Origin: a virus
Taxonomy: Duplodnaviria; Caudoviricetes
Virus record (IMG/VR): IMGVR_UViG_3300021431_000005
Location: 1-64,000 of that record
DNA: 64,000 nucleotides
Reading direction: 5' to 3' (one strand)
Below, piece by piece: positions 58,504 through 64,000 of the stretch. Made by a program: the position numbers and the translations under genes. The notes under the pieces are model-generated. The model was not told the DNA's origin. It worked only from the letters and a program-made list of their open reading frames with translations, and made no database searches. Numbering within the stretch: position 1 is the stretch's first letter; each line of letters starts with the position of its first letter.

Positions 58504-61500
58504 ACCCGAGCCTGTTTTCATTTGCAGTCCAGTTAAACCGAACGCAGTCGCTATTCCTGCGCCTGCCGCCGCACCATTCTTGGCGATTCCGTCTAATAAT
58601 TCAAGAAGTGTCTTTGCGCCGTCAATGAGAAATTTGACGGCTTCGCTGTTTACGGTATCAACTGATAACTGCTGCCATGTGGACTTCAACTGATTAAGTT
58701 TTCCGTCTATAGAATCAAGAGAAGATTCTAACTCCTTAGAAGCCGAACCTTCTGCAAGTCCCTCGTTCAAATCTTCAACAACTTTTTCTGCTGTCTCGAA
58801 GTTTCCAAGGATCGCCTGAACTGTATTAAGACCAACTTTACCACCAAGCATTTCGGCAATATCTGCTTGCTGCGAATCAGTTAACGTGTCATACACCCCA
58901 GAGATTTCTTTGAGTATCTGGTATGTAGATTTAAAAGTATTTTCGTCTTGCATAATGTCAATTCTTGTAATACTTTTTATCTTATCACGCAGTTCAGCAG
59001 TAGTAATTGTCATTTCTTCTGCATCTTCGCCAAGCTGATCCGTTGTGCCTCGGATTCTTGCAGAAATAGATTTAAGTGCCGTGCCAACAGTTTCCGTATT
59101 CTGTACGATAGTATTGGCAGAAGTAATAAGACCTATGGATTCGTTGAGATCGTTGCCTGCCGCATTCAAGGATGCCGCCGACCTCTGTAACGCATCGCCT
59201 ACTCCCTTGCTTGTGATTGCGAAGTTGTTGCCAGTATAATTGAACTTATCAACAATTTCTTCTGCGGTTACGCCGATTTTCTCATAAGCCTGCATTGTCG
59301 AAATAATGCTTTGGCTCGCTGTCTGAATATCTAAATCGTCGCCGACGGTTTTATAAACCGTTGCAAGTTTACCAAGATTTTCAGCTTCATTCAACGATTT
59401 ACCTAATCGACTGAACTCAGAGGTTGCATCAACATAATCCGTGAGTGTAGCACCTATATCCACAGAACGACCGCCTGCTGTATCTAAATACTGTTTGAGC
59501 TGTCTCTCGTTTGCATCTGTAACCTTTCTAAGATTCGTCATTGCAGTATCAACTTCATGAACCTGAGTAACCATATCTTTGAGCAATCTCACAGTATAGT
59601 TCAAACTCTTGGTAACAAACGCCCAACCGCCGTACTTCTTATACAATTCTCCAAGTACGTTACCGAAAGTCTTGCCGGACACGCCAGCTTCTTTAACGGT
59701 TCTGTCAAGTGCCGACATATCCGCTCTTAATTTATTCAGGTCTTTATCACTTTGAATTGCGCCCATGCTTATCCTATTAGTTAGTTCTTCATAGGCTTTT
59801 GCGAAATAAGGGTCTTTAAGCGCCTTAGAGTTATCGTCACCCCATTTTCCGAGTCGCTTTACTGTTTCTTCGTATTTTTTCTGAAAAGCAATTGCTGCGT
59901 TATCTGCCTGCTCCTGCTCTTTCATCGCTTTATTACTTTCTTTTTGAGCAGTTGTAAAATTATTTACGGCTTCGGTAACTTCGTCAAGTCTGTTAATATA
60001 TTCTATTAAAGGCTGAATTGAATTACCAAAGTATTGTTCTTTAAGAAAATCAGCGTCTTTTCCCTGAGCAGATGCCGCATTCACGATATATTCATTCTTT
60101 CGGCTCTCAAAATTGTTTGATAACGCTTCGAGCTGATTATTGTCAAGATTACCGATATTTGCCAGAATCTTTTGCGTTTCCCCACCGCTATCTCTGAGTT
60201 GTTTTAATAGCTTTTTAAGTTTTTGAACCTTTTTAGAGAAGTCGTCTATCTCGATATTACTACCATCGAAATTAAACATTGTTAGTCTTGCATCGTCATA
60301 ATCCTCGTATGCTTTGTGAATCTCGGATTCGTATACTTCAGGTTCTTCGGCTAAATATGGATTCTTTGAATAATTGCTTATTACCCCAAGTCTATATTCG
60401 AGAACTTTGAGTTTTTCTGTGTTACCGCCTGCAGCTTCAACCATTTTAATTGTACTACGCAATGTCTCTAACTTCTCATTTGCTTTCTCAGATTCAGAAA
60501 TGATCTCTCTGAGTGAAATAGCTAAGTCAGAAACGGTTTGAATATCATGAGATTCTTTTTGTAAATAATCAGTAAATCCCTGATCTTGACTATACAAATC
60601 TTCTTTGATTTGATTAACTGTATTACCAGATAAATTGGGTCGTTGAACCTTTTTGAGCATACTTTCGGCATTTGTATAAAAAGTAAGTATTTCATTAAAC
60701 TTATGTTCAAAATCATCTATTGGTTGAGATGTGGCATTAGGATGATTATCAAAATACCGTTTTATGTATTCAAATGAATCAAATACTTTTTTTACCGAGT
60801 CAAAATAAGTTGTAATATCTTGCCCAAGAGTCGCAGCTCTTTTAACAATTGCAGGATTGCCATTGGTAGTTATGGGAAGAGTTTGGGAATACGACAAGAG
60901 AGTATTTATGTCACTAATGTTTTTTTTCTGCCAATTCCCGAAGGATCTATTGTGTTCTTCCAACTCCTCCATTAATTCTTTGCGTTTTTCTTCAGATAAG
61001 TTTGCCTTGTTTATCTTCTTCACAACGTCTTCAATGTTTGAATAGATAACACGCATCTGTTCATATAATTCATTAAAGCCAGCTGTTGTGTGTGGCAATT
61101 GAGAATTGGTTTCTTTTAAAGATTTATCGAGAAATTCAAATAAATCATAATTCTCTTTTACTGTTGAAGATATTTCAAACGCTCTCTGTCTATCAGAGGC
61201 GGCGTTTTCAATTCCGCCAACGGTATTATCCTGAGTTTTAGAAGCGCCGCTGTTAACTATAGTTGGTTGATTTTTTTGTAACAGCTGCATAAGCTGTGCG
61301 AGCTGCGCTTGTGTCAGAAGACCACCGCTTGAATTTACTAATGCACTAAAATTAGTAACCTCAGTTTTAAACGTCTTGCCAAGTTGCGCTATTATATTAT
61401 CCAACTTCTTGCCAACGACATCAGCGTAATTGTCTTTGTTGTTAGCATTAGCAATCGACTTGTTGATTGAATCCGCCAAGGTTGCAATCTGTGTTTTGTA

Positions 61501-63297
61501 GAACACCTCGTTCACAGACTGTTCGTTGTCAACAGATTCAACTTGTATAGGCGAGTCAAACTTAGAAATCAGATTGTTGATAGCTTCTATTATTGTGTTA
61601 AGAAGATTGTTTACTTCGGGGGTCGTAGTATCATTCTGCTCTGTGTTTTCTTTTGTCTCAATAGCTTCGCTGATAAAGTCGTTTGTCCATTCGAGCCTGT
61701 TTTGTATATCCACGATACGCTCTGTTAACGATTCTTCATAAATGGGTTCTACACTTTCATCATTGTGCATTAACTGAGACTTTAAAAGACTATCTTCTGC
61801 AAAATCAACATTGATAGTTTGATTAAGTTTTTCGTAAATCGAATTAAGTTTTGTGCCAATAGAAGCAAGATTATTTATAATGTCAGGATCCACTGGTGTC
61901 TCAGGGGGAGGAGGTGAAGTTGTTGTGTCAGGATTTGATTCTTTTGGTTTATTGTTTTGCTTAATTTCGATATGTTTTGACAAAACATCACTCTCGACGC
62001 TCTCTATCTTTTTGAGTCCGTCAGCAATCATCTTTATAGATTTTGCGATTGTATCAAGTTTATTTGGAACTACAAAATCAATGTTGATTTCATGAGTCTT
62101 ATTGTCTATTTCATTGAGTATATCAGACAAAACTTTTAGTCCATTATCTTGTATATCAACTTTAATCTTAACGTCCTTGGATTCTACATTTGACAACTGT
62201 CCAATTGTTTGATCCAATTTGCCGACTTCTTTATTTACGTTCCCAACATTGCTTTCCAATGCTCTGATTGTATTATTGGTTGCATGAATATATTCTTGTA
62301 AAACAGAAACAGTTTGGCTCATTGGCGAAAGCGTAGTTTCGTTTACCGAATCAAAAGTATCCTTAAATATTTTTACAACCTGTATCATTCGTTTTATAAC
62401 ATCTTCAAGATTTTGAAAAGGAGAAGCCATTCCTTTTCCCGCATTTTCAATCGCATCAGTTGTTTTAGTTAGTTGTTTTATTTCTTTTGGTACAGGGAGT
62501 ATATCGCTTGCTTTTATTGTGTCTTGGGTTAGTTTAAAATTATTATTCCATGCCCTTCCAAAGCTTGATGCTGAAACCCCTATTTCAGTATACAGGGCTT
62601 TAAAGTCATCTTTATATTGTTTAGTTTCATCCGAAAAAGATTCGAGAGTTTTAATACTACCCTTAATATTTGAATTGAAGTCTAAACTGGGATCAATTTT
62701 TAATAGTGTTTGAAGTTTATTTAATACACCATAGGCTTTATTTGCAGTATCAGACAGCATTCCAATTTCATCAACCATCGCTTCGTATGCTTCCTTTGTT
62801 GTCTTGCTGTCTTTTCTGCCGGATTGCATGGCGCGTTGTAGATTACCGAAACTTTCTACCGCCTCTGGATCGCCAAGAGTTTCGTACATATTGGTTATTT
62901 CACTATTTAAATTAAGAAACTCGCTTTTTAAATTATCAAATGTTTTTTGAAGCGTTGCCTGATCCGTCATAATATCAGGTCTAATTTTCGAGAGAGTCCT
63001 AAGTCCTTCGAGAACTTCTTTGCGAAGTCCCTCGGAATCAAACTTGACTTTAAAAGTCTTGTTTATTATTTCGCTTCTGCCACCCATATTGAGTATGCGT
63101 CCAATAGCTTCGTTTACTTTGTTTAATTTTGAAGCTTCAACTGGACTATCGTTTTCTTTGATTATATAATTTGCCGTAATATTTACGCCTTTGGACTCAA
63201 GCTTTTGTATCTTTTTTTCTAAATCATCCAGTTCTCCGTTGTTGACTTTTGTATCAAACACTATATCAAAATTGCTATTTTCATCCATTTGTCTCAC
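58504..63297 (-). CDS. Tape measure protein, exon 1 (1598 aa)
   Basis: TP901-type core: VDTAMTNLRKVTD, IVDKFN..GNNFAITS, LQRSAASL..AGN, VGTALKSISARIRG, FKSTYQILKEIS, SLDSIDGKLNQLK. Confidence 0.9.
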
Positions 63298-63298
63298 C

Positions 63299-63799
63299 TC
63301 ACTTCAATGTTTTCTTTATTGATTTTGCTACGGCTTCTTTTAATTTATGATCGGAGTGCAATTCGTTATATACCTTTTCGGTCAACCCCATACGCGCCCT
63401 TCTCCAAGAATAATGGTTTATCTGAGGTATTGTAGGAATCATACCAATACGTCCTTTATCCATCCATTCATATAAAAGCCCTTTTTTATTTTCTGATATA
63501 ATAGGCGTACCAATTAGACTCTCGTTAGGTTCGGCTATGTTTCCTGCAATTATTTTATTACCATCAAAGTTAACTTCGGTATTTTCTCTATCTATCAATC
63601 CGTCATTGTCACCACGTCTTTCATACATAGTTGGAGAATAACTGTCGTATACATTTTCTTTGATTATATTATACATTGCATCCTTTATAATTTCTGTTGC
63701 TTTGTTACGAAATTCCGAATCCCGAGACAGCTTTTGTGTTGCATCATCTACTGTTTCTTGAAGTATTTTACGAACTTCTTTTGCAGAAAACTTAGCCAT
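63299..63799 (-). CDS. Tail completion/neck protein (HK97 gp10-like)
   Basis: VYDSY.P.MYERR....GL.D; directly upstream of the TMP. Confidence 0.6.
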   Translation of the reverse strand: MAKFSAKEVRKILQETVDDATQKLSRDSEFRNKATEIIKDAMYNIIKENVYDSYSPTMYERRGDNDGLIDRENTEVNFDGNKIIAGNIAEPNESLIGTPIISENKKGLLYEWMDKGRIGMIPTIPQINHYSWRRARMGLTEKVYNELHSDHKLKEAVAKSIKKTLK

Positions 63800-63806
63800 T
63801 TATAAA

Positions 63807-64000
63807 TCACTCCTTTGTATCTTCGTTTTCTTCAAGCGCTTCTATGGGTATCTTGTTGAGCATTTCGATAAATGCTTCATTGGAGAAAAGCGTATAGAGC
63901 GTGTCGATTACCTGTGTATTTATATCCTTTATACCCTTGCGCACCTTATAAAGTTCATCGTCAATATACTCATTGATAGTTGCACAAAGTTCATTATAGT
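63807..64000 (-). CDS. 3' end of a hypothetical late protein (partial)
   Basis: Open frame YNELCATINEYIDDEL...EDTKE* to the window edge. Confidence 0.55.
   Translation of the reverse strand, partial: YNELCATINEYIDDELYKVRKGIKDINTQVIDTLYTLFSNEAFIEMLNKIPIEALEENEDTKE

Larger units (their letters stand above)
1..64000. mobile_element. Temperate SPbeta-like phage genome segment (non-integrated form)
   Basis: Replication, nucleotide metabolism, integration, lysis and tail modules throughout; phage genes on both sides of the att core. Confidence 0.9.

Noticed and set aside
648-62915. Many short antisense or overlapping ORFs in the six-frame track
   Set aside because: They are shadows of long real genes with no RBS or motifs. 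The only supported opposite-strand gene is 57682-58149.
1-64000. Stop-codon reassignment
   Set aside because: Known genes are full length in the standard code, and TAA, TGA and TAG all end genes.

Overview
This 64-kb, AT-rich window is part of a large temperate Firmicutes phage with SPbeta-like organisation, probably a long-tailed siphovirus. A Clostridia/Ruminococcus-like anaerobic host is inferred. The + strand (1-31.8 kb) carries a MazF-like fragment, an MrpR-like repressor, recombination/replication genes (Sak-like annealase, SSB, DnaB, primase, Cas4-like nuclease, DnaE, ERCC4 nuclease) and three DNA methyltransferases plus a remnant. It also carries a class III ribonucleotide reductase module with its own redoxin and ferredoxin-thioredoxin-reductase-like gene, plus IscS, Gmk, dUTPase, ThyX and an excisionase. 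An intact attP follows (3' half of tRNA-Cys with arm repeats), lying between two tyrosine recombinases. The - strand (33.7-64 kb) carries the late genes: tape measure, tail/baseplate, lysis, and a long array of modular tail-fibre genes. Top finding: the tape measure gene is split by an 890-nt group I intron (57614-58503). Its predicted splice sites rejoin the two ORFs exactly in frame (about 2948 aa). Instead of a homing endonuclease, the intron carries an antisense double-zinc-ribbon gene with its own perfect sigma-A promoter, looped out of the P9 region. All product calls come from motif recognition by eye; no database searches were run.
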